The notes beneath the pieces are model-generated. The model was not told where the DNA came from. It did no database searches and was given only the letters and a program-made list of their open reading frames with translations. This document shows, in pieces, positions 1-12,000 of a stretch of 51,126 bases of DNA; the first letter of the stretch is position 1; the number at the start of each line of letters is the position of its first letter. This DNA is from Nemertoderma westbladi. Taxonomy: Eukaryota > Animalia > Xenacoelomorpha. The DNA lies in assembly GCA_032718475.1 (NCBI GenBank), contig JAUCBJ010006863.1:1-51126 (forward strand), in the 5' to 3' direction. The translations under genes and the position numbers were made by a program.

Positions 1-255
1 GAAGCCCACATTACAATACATTGCAATACACACTAAGTTTTATATTGCTAAAGCCATGTTCTGTAAACAACTAGCGCACTGTTGAGTATGACAGCCCCAC
101 CAGTAAGCGAGCGGTAAATGAGCTTGGTAACTGGTACCATTCAGTTTGTTGATGGCCACTGTGAACGCAGGTAATTGAGCGGTAAGTCGGTAGTATTTTG
201 ACTGCAACGCCAGTATACCCCTAATTTCCGTCAGTAATTTCTCATCAGTTTCCTT

Positions 256-445
256 TTGGCACAGCTATTCAAATTCGGCAATGACGTCCTCCAGGTGGGA
301 TCGAACTGGTGACCTCCGGGTTGGAAGTCTGACGCTCTAACATTCCGCTAGGGGCTCAGGTAATAGGTAGACCTGGAAATACTACCTGATACCTCGTATG
401 TCCGCAATTAACCTCCTCATGGCCTCCCATCTGTCAATACCATCA
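256..445 (-). mobile_element. tRNA-containing dispersed repeat, copy A (left arm of a head-to-head foldback)
   Basis: Near-identical to 32500-32687 and to the reverse complement of 1570-1730. The minus strand reads ...TAGCGGAATGTTAGAGCGTCAGACTTCCAACCCGGAGGTCACCAGTTCGATCCCACCTGG, with Pol III A/B-box-like motifs. Confidence 0.75.
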
Positions 446-510
446 TCGTAATGATGATGGTATCCGATGGTATCATCTTAATGATGATGGTATTCAATAC
501 CCTCATCTTA

Positions 511-690
511 ATGATGGCATTGACAGATGAGAGGCGAGGATGACGTAAATTGAATGGCTTGACGGAATGGTTAGACTTCCAACACTAGAGGTCACAAGTT
601 CGATCCCACCTGGATGTCATTGCCGACTTTGCAAAGCTGTGCCCAACGAAAGTGATAATAATATGAAACCACTCATTCACACAAAACACC
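511..690 (+). mobile_element. tRNA-containing dispersed repeat, copy B (internally deleted right arm of the foldback)
   Basis: ATGATGGCATTGACAGATGAGAGGC and AGTTCGATCCCACCTGGATGTCATTGCCGACTTTGCAAAGCTGTGCC are inverted matches to copy A. The tail AAAGTGATAATAATATGAAACCACTCATTCAC matches 1743-1772 and 32693-32723. Confidence 0.7.
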
Positions 691-1089
691 AGTATACAAA
701 CAATTATGATTATTATACATCCAAATACCCTTTGTCCTTATTGGCGGCCATTGAGGACACTTAATAAAGACCTCAATATACAGGGTGAAAACTTTATCGT
801 CAACTGGAGTTACTGTGAAGAAATAAAAAAATCGATTTGTCATTTAAAGTCATCAGAAGCTAATGTATTGCAAAATTTTGTATTTTAATCGGATTGGACA
901 TAAATTGTGTGTCCTGAATATAGATGGCCACTGAAGCTGTTATCTATTTGGAGTATAAATAAACAGGGCTTTAGCATTTAGCCTCCTGTTTAAGGTTTTG
1001 TAGTGGATGTAATACACATTTCTAAAAAGTTGCCCTACCCCCAACATTATCTACCCTTAATCGGTGGTAGTAAAAATAACGGAAACTAA

Positions 1090-1980
1090 CAATACACTGT
1101 GATGCACCTCGACTTTGCTGATGATCTGGGTTTAATGTTGGAAACATTGGTTGTACATTAACATTGAAAGACAACTCAGCAACCTAGAACATGCAGCATC
1201 CAATGTTTGTATATTTGTAAATGCCACGAAGACCAAAATGTTAACTGTAAACTTGTTTCCCCCAGTCATTGACGGTTAGTGTGTTCAGTCGTTGGCCTGA
1301 GTTGAGTAGAAGGAGACTTTTACTGGAAGGAGACTTTTACTACATAGGCTCTGGGATTCAAGAATTGAATATGCAAGGCGGGGGGGGGGGGGGGGGGGGG
1401 GGGGTTGCATTGAATAAACTATCAAGGGTTTTGGATTCACCTGGACACAAACCTGATCTGGAAGTAAATTTATTCCGGGTAGCAGTAGAGCCTGTGCTGC
1501 TGCTATACTGAAGTAGTCCTCTTACTGCAGAGTACACCGATACCTTGACGGCCAGGTACAGTAGGATTGAGCGGACATACGAGGTATTAGGTAGTATTTC
1601 CAGGTCTATCTTTTACCTGAGCCGCTAGCTGATTGGTTAGAGCGTCAGACTTCCAACCCGGAGGTCACCAGTTCAATCTCACCTGGACGTCATTACCGAC
1701 TTTGCAAAGGTGTGCCCAACGAAAGTTAAATGGTGCCCAGTAAAAGTTATAATAATATTAAACCACTCATTCACCCATAACACCAATAATAAATTATAAA
1801 AAATATACCGTCGCATTTCTCTATGGGTGTAACTGTCCTACCTAAATTAGTAATTAGAGTGCATAATTAATCATTGTGGCCGTGATGGTTCATGGTTAAT
1901 ATACACTACCCTTCATTGTAGCTAAAGATTGTGGTTAAAGACGGCCAAGTATAGTAGGATTAAACATTTAAAATTAAACA
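1090..1980 (+). pseudogene. Degenerate RTE-clade LINE reverse transcriptase, 3' part (interrupted by a G25 tract and the tRNA-like repeat)
   Basis: Translates in pieces as HLDFADDL (DFADD at 1111-1125), VNATKTKML, DFYYIGS and LFRVAVEPVLLLY, then LYG and HCGR further on. This motif order is typical of RTE-like RT/thumb regions. Frameshifts and stops are present. Confidence 0.7.
1570..1785 (+). mobile_element. tRNA-containing dispersed repeat, copy C
   Basis: GCCGCTAGCTGATTGGTTAGAGCGTCAGACTTCCAACCCGGAGGTCACCAGTTCAATCTC contains an A-box-like TAGCTGATTGG and a B-box-like AGTTCAATC. It shares upstream and downstream flanks with copies A, B and D. Confidence 0.75.
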
Positions 1981-4327
1981 TTAGACACTCACTGGTCGTC
2001 TGGAAGACACTCACTGGTCGTCTGGAAGACACTCACTGGTCGTCTGGAAGACACTCACTGGACGTCTGGAAAACACTCACTGGTCGTCTGGAAGACACTC
2101 ACTGGTACGTCTGGAAAACACTCACTGGTCGTCTGGAAGACACTCACTGGTCGTCTGGAAGACACTCACTGGACGTCTGGAATACACTCACTGGTCGTCT
2201 GGAAGACACTCACTGGACGTCTGGAAAACACTCACTGGTCGTCTGGAAAACACTCACTGGTCGCCTGGAAGACACTCACTGGACGTCTGGAAAACACTCA
2301 CTGGTCGTCTGGAAGACACGCACTGGTCGCCTGGAAGACACTCACTGGTCGTCTGGAATACACTCACTGGTCGTCTGGAAGAAACTCACTGGACGTTTCG
2401 AAAACACTCACTGGTCGTCTGGAAGACACTCACTGGTCGTCTGGAAGACACTCACTGGACGTCAGGAAGACACTACACTCACTGGCTGTCTGGAAGATAC
2501 GACACTCACTGGTCGCCTGGAAGACACTCACTGGTCGCCTGGAAGAAACTCACTGGTCGCCTGGAAGACACTCACTGGTCGCCTGGAAGACACTCACTGG
2601 ACGTCTGGAAGACACTCACTGGTCGCCTGGAAGACACTCACTGGTCGTCTGGAAGACACTCACTGGTCGTCTGGAAGACACACACTAGTCGTCTGGAAGA
2701 CACTCACTGGTCGTCTGGAAGACACTCACTGGACGTCTGGAAAACACTCACTGGTCGTCAGGAAGACACTCACTGGACGTCTGGAAAACACTCACTGGTC
2801 GTCTGGAATACACTCACTGGTCGTCTGGAAGACACTCACTGGACGTCTGGAAAACACTCACTGGTCGTCTGGAATACACTCACTGGTCGTCTGGAAGACA
2901 CTCACTGGACGTCTGGAAAACACTCACTGGTCGTCTGGAAGACACTCACTGGACGTCTGGAAAACACTCACTGGTCGTCTGGAAGACACGCACTGGTCGC
3001 CTGGAAGACACTCACTGGTCGTCTGGAATACATTCACTGGTCGTCTGGAAGAAACTCACTGGACGTCTCGAAAACACTCACTGGTCGTCTGGAAGACACG
3101 CACTGGTCGTCTGGAACACATTCACTGGACGTCTGGAAGACACTCACTGGTCGTCTGGAAGACACTCACTGGTCGTCTGGAAGACACACATTGGTCGCCT
3201 GGAAAACACTCACTGGTCGTCTGGAAGACACTCATTGGTCGTCTGGAAGACACGCACTGGTCGTCTGGAAAACACTCACTGGACGTCTGGAAGACACTCA
3301 CTGGTCGTCTGGAAAACACTCACTGGTCGTCTGGAAGACACTCATTGGTCGCCTGGAAGACACTCACTGGTCGTCTGGAAGACACTCACTTGACGTCAGG
3401 AAGATACTACACTCACTGGTCGTCTGGAAGATACGACACTCACTGGTCGCCTGGAAGACACTCACTGGTCGCCTGGAATACACTCACTGGTCGCCTGGAA
3501 GACACTCACTGGTCGCCTGGAAGACACTCACTGGACGTCTGGAAGAACTCACTGGTCGCCTGGAAGACACTCACTGGTCGTCTGGAAGACACTCACTGGT
3601 CGTCTGGAAGACACACACTAGTCGTCTGGAAGACACTCACTGGTCGTCTGGAAGATACGACACTCACTGGTCGTCTGGAAGACACTCACTGGACATCTGG
3701 AAGACACTCACTGGTCGTCTGGAAGATACGACACTCACTGGTCGTCTGGAAGACACTCACTGGTCGCCTGGAAGACACTCACTGGTCGTCTGGAAGACAC
3801 TCACTGGTCGTCTGGAAGACACTCACTGGACGTCTGGAAAACACTCACTGGTCGCCTGGAAAACAAGCACTGGTCGCCTGGAAGACACTCACTGGTCGTC
3901 TGGAATACACTCACTGGTCGTCTTGAAGACACTCACTGGACGTCTGGAAAACACTCACTGGTCGTCTGGAAGACACGCACTGGTCGTCTGGAAGACACTC
4001 ACTGGTCGTCTGGAAGACACTCAGTGGTCGCCTGGAAGAAACTCACGGGTCGTCTGGAAGACACACACTAGTCGTCTGGAAGACACTCACTGGTCCTCTG
4101 GAATACACTCACTGGTCGTCTGGAAGACACTCACTGGACGTCTGGAAGACACTCACTGGTCGTCTGGAAGATACGATACTCACTGGTCGTCTGGAAGACA
4201 CTCACTGGGCGTCTGTTAGACTCGACACTACTTGGTCGTCTGGAAGACACTCACTAGTCGTCTGGAAGAGACTCATTTGTCGTCTGGAAGACACTCACTA
4301 TGGTCGTCTGTTAGACACTCACTGGTC
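1981..4327. repeat. 22-bp minisatellite array (GACACTCACTGGTCGTCTGGAA)n, roughly 105 copies
   Basis: Direct tandem repetition with point variants and occasional 27-bp units. Variant blocks recur at an offset of about 934 bp (2457/3391, 2677/3611). Confidence 0.97.
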
Positions 4328-4390
4328 TTAATAATGCAGAAAATGGCTGATCGCAAACTGTGGCGGTGTTGCGTTGATGAAATAAAATAT
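4311..4390 (+). pseudogene. C-terminal remnant of the RTE-like LINE ORF
   Basis: Reads (D)TGLNNAE..MADRKLWR, matching the DTGL...MxDRxxWR terminus typical of RTE-clade ORFs. Confidence 0.55.
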
Positions 4391-4800
4391 ATGTAAATAA
4401 ATATTAAATAATAGCGAAAATGTGAATAGGCAGTCATATGTAATAACATGGTAATACCAATTATAAAGACTAAGAAATACAACAGTTATCTATAAAGGAG
4501 CGAAGTAACTCATTCAAGGCTCTACTTAATTGCTTATTAGTCGTAATCCGGCGAATGGTGGCATATGTGTAGATGAGTGACACTTTAGTGCAATAAGTAA
4601 TAACCCTAACAACCAAAACTTGGCTTCAACTTCTACTTAAGTATATTACCTAAAACCAACAATAACATAAAAACTAACCCTACATTATAGATCAATATAT
4701 TACAACGCATACTAGATGTATATAATAAAACAACGACGATAGGGAAAATTTTAATAACATAACTAACGATGTTTAAGTTAGGCTACTGAAACAGATAGAA

Positions 4801-6055
4801 ATGAAATGCATAATATACTGTGGATATACCCACAAAAGGGGCGTCAGGTTTTGCCAAGCATTTGGTAAACAATGTTACAGTTGTTGTGGACGTATCGTAA
4901 TCACACAGCTCAGGTTTGTATTGCAAGGTGTAATCCACAAATTCGCCGAAATCTCAAGCCTAAGTGAGATGAAGAAATTGAAGATGACTTCAATTGCGAT
5001 ACATTATTCATCGATAGAGTTGACATTAGACCAATGGAGGATCAATATGACTGGTAAGAGAATGTGTTAATGGGTTCAACTTAACATTTAAACTCGATCC
5101 AGATGCGCAATGTAACGTGATGTCACTACAAACATATATGGACATAAAAGGAAATTTAACGCGACTCAACAAATCAAAAAGCATATTTAAGGGATTCACC
5201 AATCATGCCAGTGCGACCAATAGGTTTCATAACACTACCTTCTTTAATAAGAAATAGTGAATATCCCATTCAATAATAAAATTCAAAAATCATAAATCAT
5301 AATATCCCATTCAAAAATAAAACTGTAACCTGTTCTATTGTGCTTAGTTTATTGTTTTGGTTAAAATAACGTGCAACTGTAACCTGCTCCTTTCCCTAAA
5401 TTGAGAATTTAACATTGAGGCGGGATTTGCGTCCAGTTTCCCCCCTGTCTCAGAACCACTTCTCCCTCATGCGATACCAGATCAAGCTTGGCAAAAGATT
5501 GGTAGTGACTTCATGGAGTTTGAAGGTAAGTAAGTAATGGTTATTTGTTGCTGATTATTACAGCAACTGGATTGAAATGATTAGTATGGGGGAAAAAACA
5601 CATGCAGCTGCTCTTATCCATGAACTGAAGTCCTTATTTGCTATTCACGGAATACGAGAGGAAATTGTTTCAGATAATGGTCCTCCATTTGATTCATTTG
5701 AATATTCTAACTTCGCAAGCGATGATGGAATCTTCCTTAATAGAGTTAGTTCGAAACATCCAAGAAGTAATGCCTGAGTTGAAACGGCAGTTGATATTGC
5801 AAAGAATATTCTACGAAAGAATACAGATTGGCGCTCAGCACTAATGGAGTACAGGGCTATGCCATTATCTGGAATACATAAGTCTCCCGGTGAATTAATG
5901 TTTGGAAGACTTACCCGCACGAAAATTCCAAGTTCTAGTACATTGTTAACACCAAAGACCAGTCGCCACGATCGCGATCTTCAGTTAAATAATAAAATTA
6001 GACAGAAACACTACAACGATCAATCAGCGGGACCAAATTTATCTCAATTATATCG
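4801..6055 (+). pseudogene. Degenerate Ty3/Gypsy gag-pol remnant (zinc knuckle, protease and integrase; RT/RNase H deleted)
   Basis: Gag knuckle YCGYTHKRGVRFCQAFGKQCYSC; protease FKLDPDAQCNVM (~5088-5123); integrase EPLLPHAIPDQAWQKIGSDF, VADYYSNWIE, VSDNGPPF, HPRSNA*VETAV and YRAMPLSGIHKSPGELMFGR. Stops and frameshifts are present. Confidence 0.9.
5340..5398. repeat. Short dispersed repeat inside the Gypsy remnant
   Basis: AGTTTATTGTTTTGGTTA...ACTGTAACCTGCTCCTTTCCCT is an inverted match to 25050-25102. Confidence 0.6.
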
Positions 6056-9000
6056 AACGACCAATCTACCATGAACACTGAGAAGGACACAACAGTACCT
6101 CTGAACGACCACTCTACCATGACCACTGACCAGGACACAACCGTACCTATGAACGACCACTGACCAGGACACAACAGTACCTCTGAACGACCACTCTACC
6201 ATGACCACTGACAGGACCAACCGTACCTATGAACGACCACTGACCAGGACACAACAGTACCTCTGAACGACCACTCTACCAGGACCACTGACCAGGACAC
6301 TACCGTACCTCTGAACGACCACTCTACCATGACCACTGAGAAGGACACAACAGTACCTCTGAACGACCACTCTACCATGACCACTGACCAGGACACAACC
6401 GTACCTATGAACGACCACTGACCAGGACACAACAGTACCTCTGAACGACCACTCTACCATGACCACTGACCAGGACACAACCGTACCTATGAACGACCAC
6501 TGACCAGGACACAACAGTACCTCTGAACGACCACTCTACCATGACCACTGACCAGGACACAACCGTACCTATGAACGACCACTGACAAGGACACAACAGT
6601 ACCTCTGAACGACCACTCTACCATGACCACTGACCAGGACACAACCGTACCTATGAACGACCACTCTACCATGACCACTGACCAGGACACAACCGTACCT
6701 ATGAACGACCACTGACCAGGACACAACAGCACCTCTGAACGACCACTCTACCATGACCACTGACCAAGACACAACCGTACCTATGAACGACCACTCTACC
6801 ATGACCACTGACCAGGACACAACCGTACCTATGAACGACCACTGACCAAGACACAACCGTACCATGAACGACCACTCTACCATGACCACTGACCAGGACA
6901 CAACCGTACCTCTGAACGACCACTGACCAAGACACAACCGTACCTATGAACGACCACTCTACCATGACCACTGACCAGGACACAATCGTACCTATAAACG
7001 ACCACTTACCAAGACACAACCGTACCTATGAACGACCACTCTACCATGACCACTGACTAGGACACAACCGTACCTATGAACTACCACTCTACCATGACCA
7101 CTGACCAGGACACAACCGTACCTATGAACGACCACTGACCAGGACACAACAGTACCTCTGAACGACCACTCTACCATGACCACTGACCAGGACACAACCG
7201 TACCTATGAACGACCACTGACCAGGACACAACAGTACCTCTGAACGACCACTCTACCATGACCACTGATCAGGACACTACCGTACCTATGAACGACCACT
7301 GACAAGGACACAACAGTACCTCTGAACGACCACTCTACCATGACCACTGACCAGGACACAACCGTACCTATGAACGACCACTCTACCATGACCACTGACC
7401 AGGACACAACCGTACCTATGAACGACCACTGACCAGGACACAACAGCACCTCTGAACGACCACTCTACCATGACCACTGACCAAGACACAACCGTACCTA
7501 TGAACTACCACTCTACCATGACCACTGACCAGGACACAACCGTACCTATGAACGACCACTGACCAAGACACAACCGTACCAATGAACTACCACTCTACCA
7601 TGACCACTGACCAGGACACAACCGTACCTCTGAACGACCACTGACCAAGACACAACCGTACCTATGAACGACCACTCTACCATGACCACTGACCAGGACA
7701 CAACCGTACCTATAAACGACCACTTACCAAGACACAACCGTACCTATGAACGACCACTCTACCATGACCACTGACTAGGACACAACCGTACCTATGAACT
7801 ACCACTCTACCATGACCACTGACCAGGACACAACCGTACCTATGAACGACCACTGACCAAGACACAACCGTACCTATGAACGACCACTCTACCATGACCA
7901 CTGACCAGGACACAACCGTACCTATGAACTACCACTCTACCATGAACACTGACCAGGACACAACCGTACCTATGAACGACCACTGACCAAGACACAACCG
8001 TACCTATGAACGACCACTCTACCATGACCACTGACCAGGACACAACCGTACCTATGAACTACCACTGACCAAGACACAACCGTACCTATGAACTACCACT
8101 CTACCATGACCACTGACAAGGACACAACTGTACCTATGAACGACCACTGACCAAGACACAACCGTACCTATGAACGACCACTCTACCATGACTACTGACC
8201 AGGACACAACCGTACCTATGAACGACCACTGACCAAGACACAACCGTACCTATGAACTACCACTCTACCATGACCACTGACCAGGACACAACCGTACCTA
8301 TGAACGACCACTGACCAAGACACAACCGTACCTATGAACGACCACTCTACCATGACCACTGACCAGGACACAACCGTACCTATGAACTACCACTCTACCA
8401 TGACCACTGACCAGGACACAACCATACCTATGAACGACCACTGACCAAGACACAACCGTACCTATGAACGACCACTCTACCATGACCACTGACCAGGACA
8501 CAACCGTATCTATGAACGACCACTGACCAAGACACAACCGTACCTATGAACGACCACTCTACCATGACCACTGACCAGGACACAACCGTACCTATGAACT
8601 ACCACTCTACCATGACCACTGACCAGGACACAACCGTACCTATGAACGACCACTGACCAAGACACAACCGTACCTATGAACGACCACTCTACCATGACCA
8701 CTGACCAGGACACAACCGTACCTATGAACTACAACTCTACCATGACCACTGACCAGGACACAACCGTACCTATGAACTACCACTGAACAAGACACAACCG
8801 TACCTATGAACTACCACTGACCAAAACACAACCGTACCTATGAACTACCACTCTACCATGACCACTGACCAGGACACAACCGTACCTCTGAACGACCACT
8901 GACTAAGACACAACGGTACCTATGAACGACCACTCGACCATGACCACTGACCAGGAAACAACCGTACCTATGAACGACCACTGACCAAGACACAACCGTA

Positions 9001-12000
9001 CCTATGAACGACCACTGACCAGGACACAACAGCACCTCTGAACGACCACTCTACTATGACCACTGACCAAGACACAACCGTACCTATGAACGACCACTCT
9101 ACCATGACCACTGACCAGGACACAACCGTACCTATGAACTACCACTCTACCATGACCACTGACCAGGACACAACCGTACCTATGAACGACCACTGACCAG
9201 GACACAACAGCACCTCTGAACGACCACTCTACTATGACCACTGACCAAGACACAACCGTACCTATGAACGACCACTCTACCATGACCACTGACCAGGACA
9301 CAACCGTACCTATGAACTACCACTCTACCATGACCACTGACCAGGACACAACCGTACCTATGAACGACCACTGACCAGGACACAACAGCACCTCTGAACG
9401 ACCACTCTACTATGACCACTGACCAAGACACAACCGTACCTATGAACGACCACTCTACTATGACCACTGACCAAGACACAACCGTACCTATGAACGACCA
9501 CTCTACCATGACCACTGACCAGGACACAACCGTACCTATGAACGACCACTCTACCATGACCACTGACTAGGACACAACCGTACCTATGAACGACCACTCT
9601 ACCATGACCACTGACTAGGACACAACCGTACCTATGAACGACCACTCTACCATGACCACTGACCAGGACACAACCGTACCTATGAACTACCACTCTACCA
9701 TGACCACTGACCAGGACACAACCGTACCTATGAACGACCACTGACCAGGACACAACAGTACCTCTGAACGACCACTCTACCATGACCACTGACCAGGACA
9801 CAACCGTACCTATGAACGACCACTGACCAGGACACAACCGTACCTCTGAACGACCACTCTACCATGACCACTGATCAGGACACTACCGTACCTATGAACG
9901 ACCACTGACAAGGACACAACAGTACCTCTGAACGACCACTCTACCATGACCACTGACCAGGACACAACCGTACCTATGAACGACCACTCTACCATGACCA
10001 CTGACCAGGACACAACCGTACCTATGAACGACCACTGACCAGGACACAACAGCACCTCTGAACGACCACTCTACCATGACCACTGACCAAGACACAACCG
10101 TACCTATGAACTACCACTCTACCATGACCACTGACCAGGACACAACCGTACCTATGAACGACCACTGACCAAGACACAACCGTACCTATGAACTACCACT
10201 CTACCATGACCACTGACCAGGACACAACCGTACCTCTGAACGACCACTGACCAAGACACAACCGTACCTATGAACGACCACTCTACCATGACCACTGACC
10301 AGGACACAACCGTACCTATAAACGACCACTTACCAAGACACAACCGTACCTATGAACGACCACTCTACCATGACCACTGACTAGGACACAACCGTACCTA
10401 TGAACTACCACTCTACCATGACCACTGACCAGGACACAACCGTACCTATGAACGACCACTGACCAAGACACAACCGTACCTATGAACGACCACTCTACCA
10501 TGACCACTGACCAGGACACAACCGTACCTATGAACTACCACTCTACCATGAACACTGACCAGGACACAACCGTACCTATGAACGACCACTGACCAAGACA
10601 CAACCGTACCTATGAACGACCACTCTACCATGACCACTGACCAGGACACAACCGTACCTATGAACTACCACTGACCAAGACACAACCGTACCTATGAACT
10701 ACCACTCTACCATGACCACTGACAAGGACACAACTGTACCTATGAACGACCACTGACCAAGACACAACCGTACCTATGAACGACCACTCTACCATGACTA
10801 CTGACCAGGACACAACCGTACCTATGAACGACCACTGACCAAGACACAACCGTACCTATGAACTACCACTCTACCATGACCACTGACCAGGACACAACCG
10901 TACCTATGAACGACCACTGACCAAGACACAACCGTACCTATGAACGACCACTCTACCATGACCACTGACCAGGACACAACCGTACCTATGAACTACCACT
11001 CTACCATGACCACTGACCAGGACACAACCATACCTATGAACGACCACTGACCAAGACACAACCGTACCTATGAACGACCACTCTACCATGACCACTGACC
11101 AGGACACAACCGTATCTATGAACGACCACTGACCAAGACACAACCGTACCTATGAACGACCACTCTACCATGACCACTGACCAGGACACAACCGTACCTA
11201 TGAACTACCACTCTACCATGACCACTGACCAGGACACAACCGTACCTATGAACGACCACTGACCAAGACACAACCGTACCTATGAACGACCACTCTACCA
11301 TGACCACTGACCAGGACACAACCGTACCTATGAACTACAACTCTACCATGACCACTGACCAGGACACAACCGTACCTATGAACTACCACTGAACAAGACA
11401 CAACCGTACCTATGAACTACCACTGACCAAAACACAACCGTACCTATGAACTACCACTCTACCATGACCACTGACCAGGACACAACCGTACCTCTGAACG
11501 ACCACTGACTAAGACACAACGGTACCTATGAACGACCACTCGACCATGACCACTGACCAGGAAACAACCGTACCTATGAACGACCACTGACCAAGACACA
11601 ACCGTACCTATGAACGACCACTGACCAGGACACAACAGCACCTCTGAACGACCACTCTACTATGACCACTGACCAAGACACAACCGTACCTATGAACGAC
11701 CACTCTACCATGACCACTGACCAGGACACAACCGTACCTATGAACTACCACTCTACCATGACCACTGACCAGGACACAACCGTACCTATGAACGACCACT
11801 GACCAGGACACAACAGCACCTCTGAACGACCACTCTACTATGACCACTGACCAAGACACAACCGTACCTATGAACGACCACTCTACCATGACCACTGACC
11901 AGGACACAACCGTACCTATGAACTACCACTCTACCATGACCACTGACCAGGACACAACCGTACCTATGAACGACCACTGACCAGGACACAACAGCACCTC

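Noticed and set aside
1620-1695. Functional tRNA gene
   Set aside because: A- and B-box-like motifs are present, but the acceptor and anticodon stems do not pair properly and the sequence is part of a multi-copy repeat.
1929-4219. 665-aa and 342-aa repetitive ORFs (TLTGRLEDTHWSSGRHSLVVWK)
   Set aside because: The 22-bp unit has no stop in any plus-strand frame, so the ORFs simply cycle through three frames. Both begin at TTG rather than ATG and have no unique domain.
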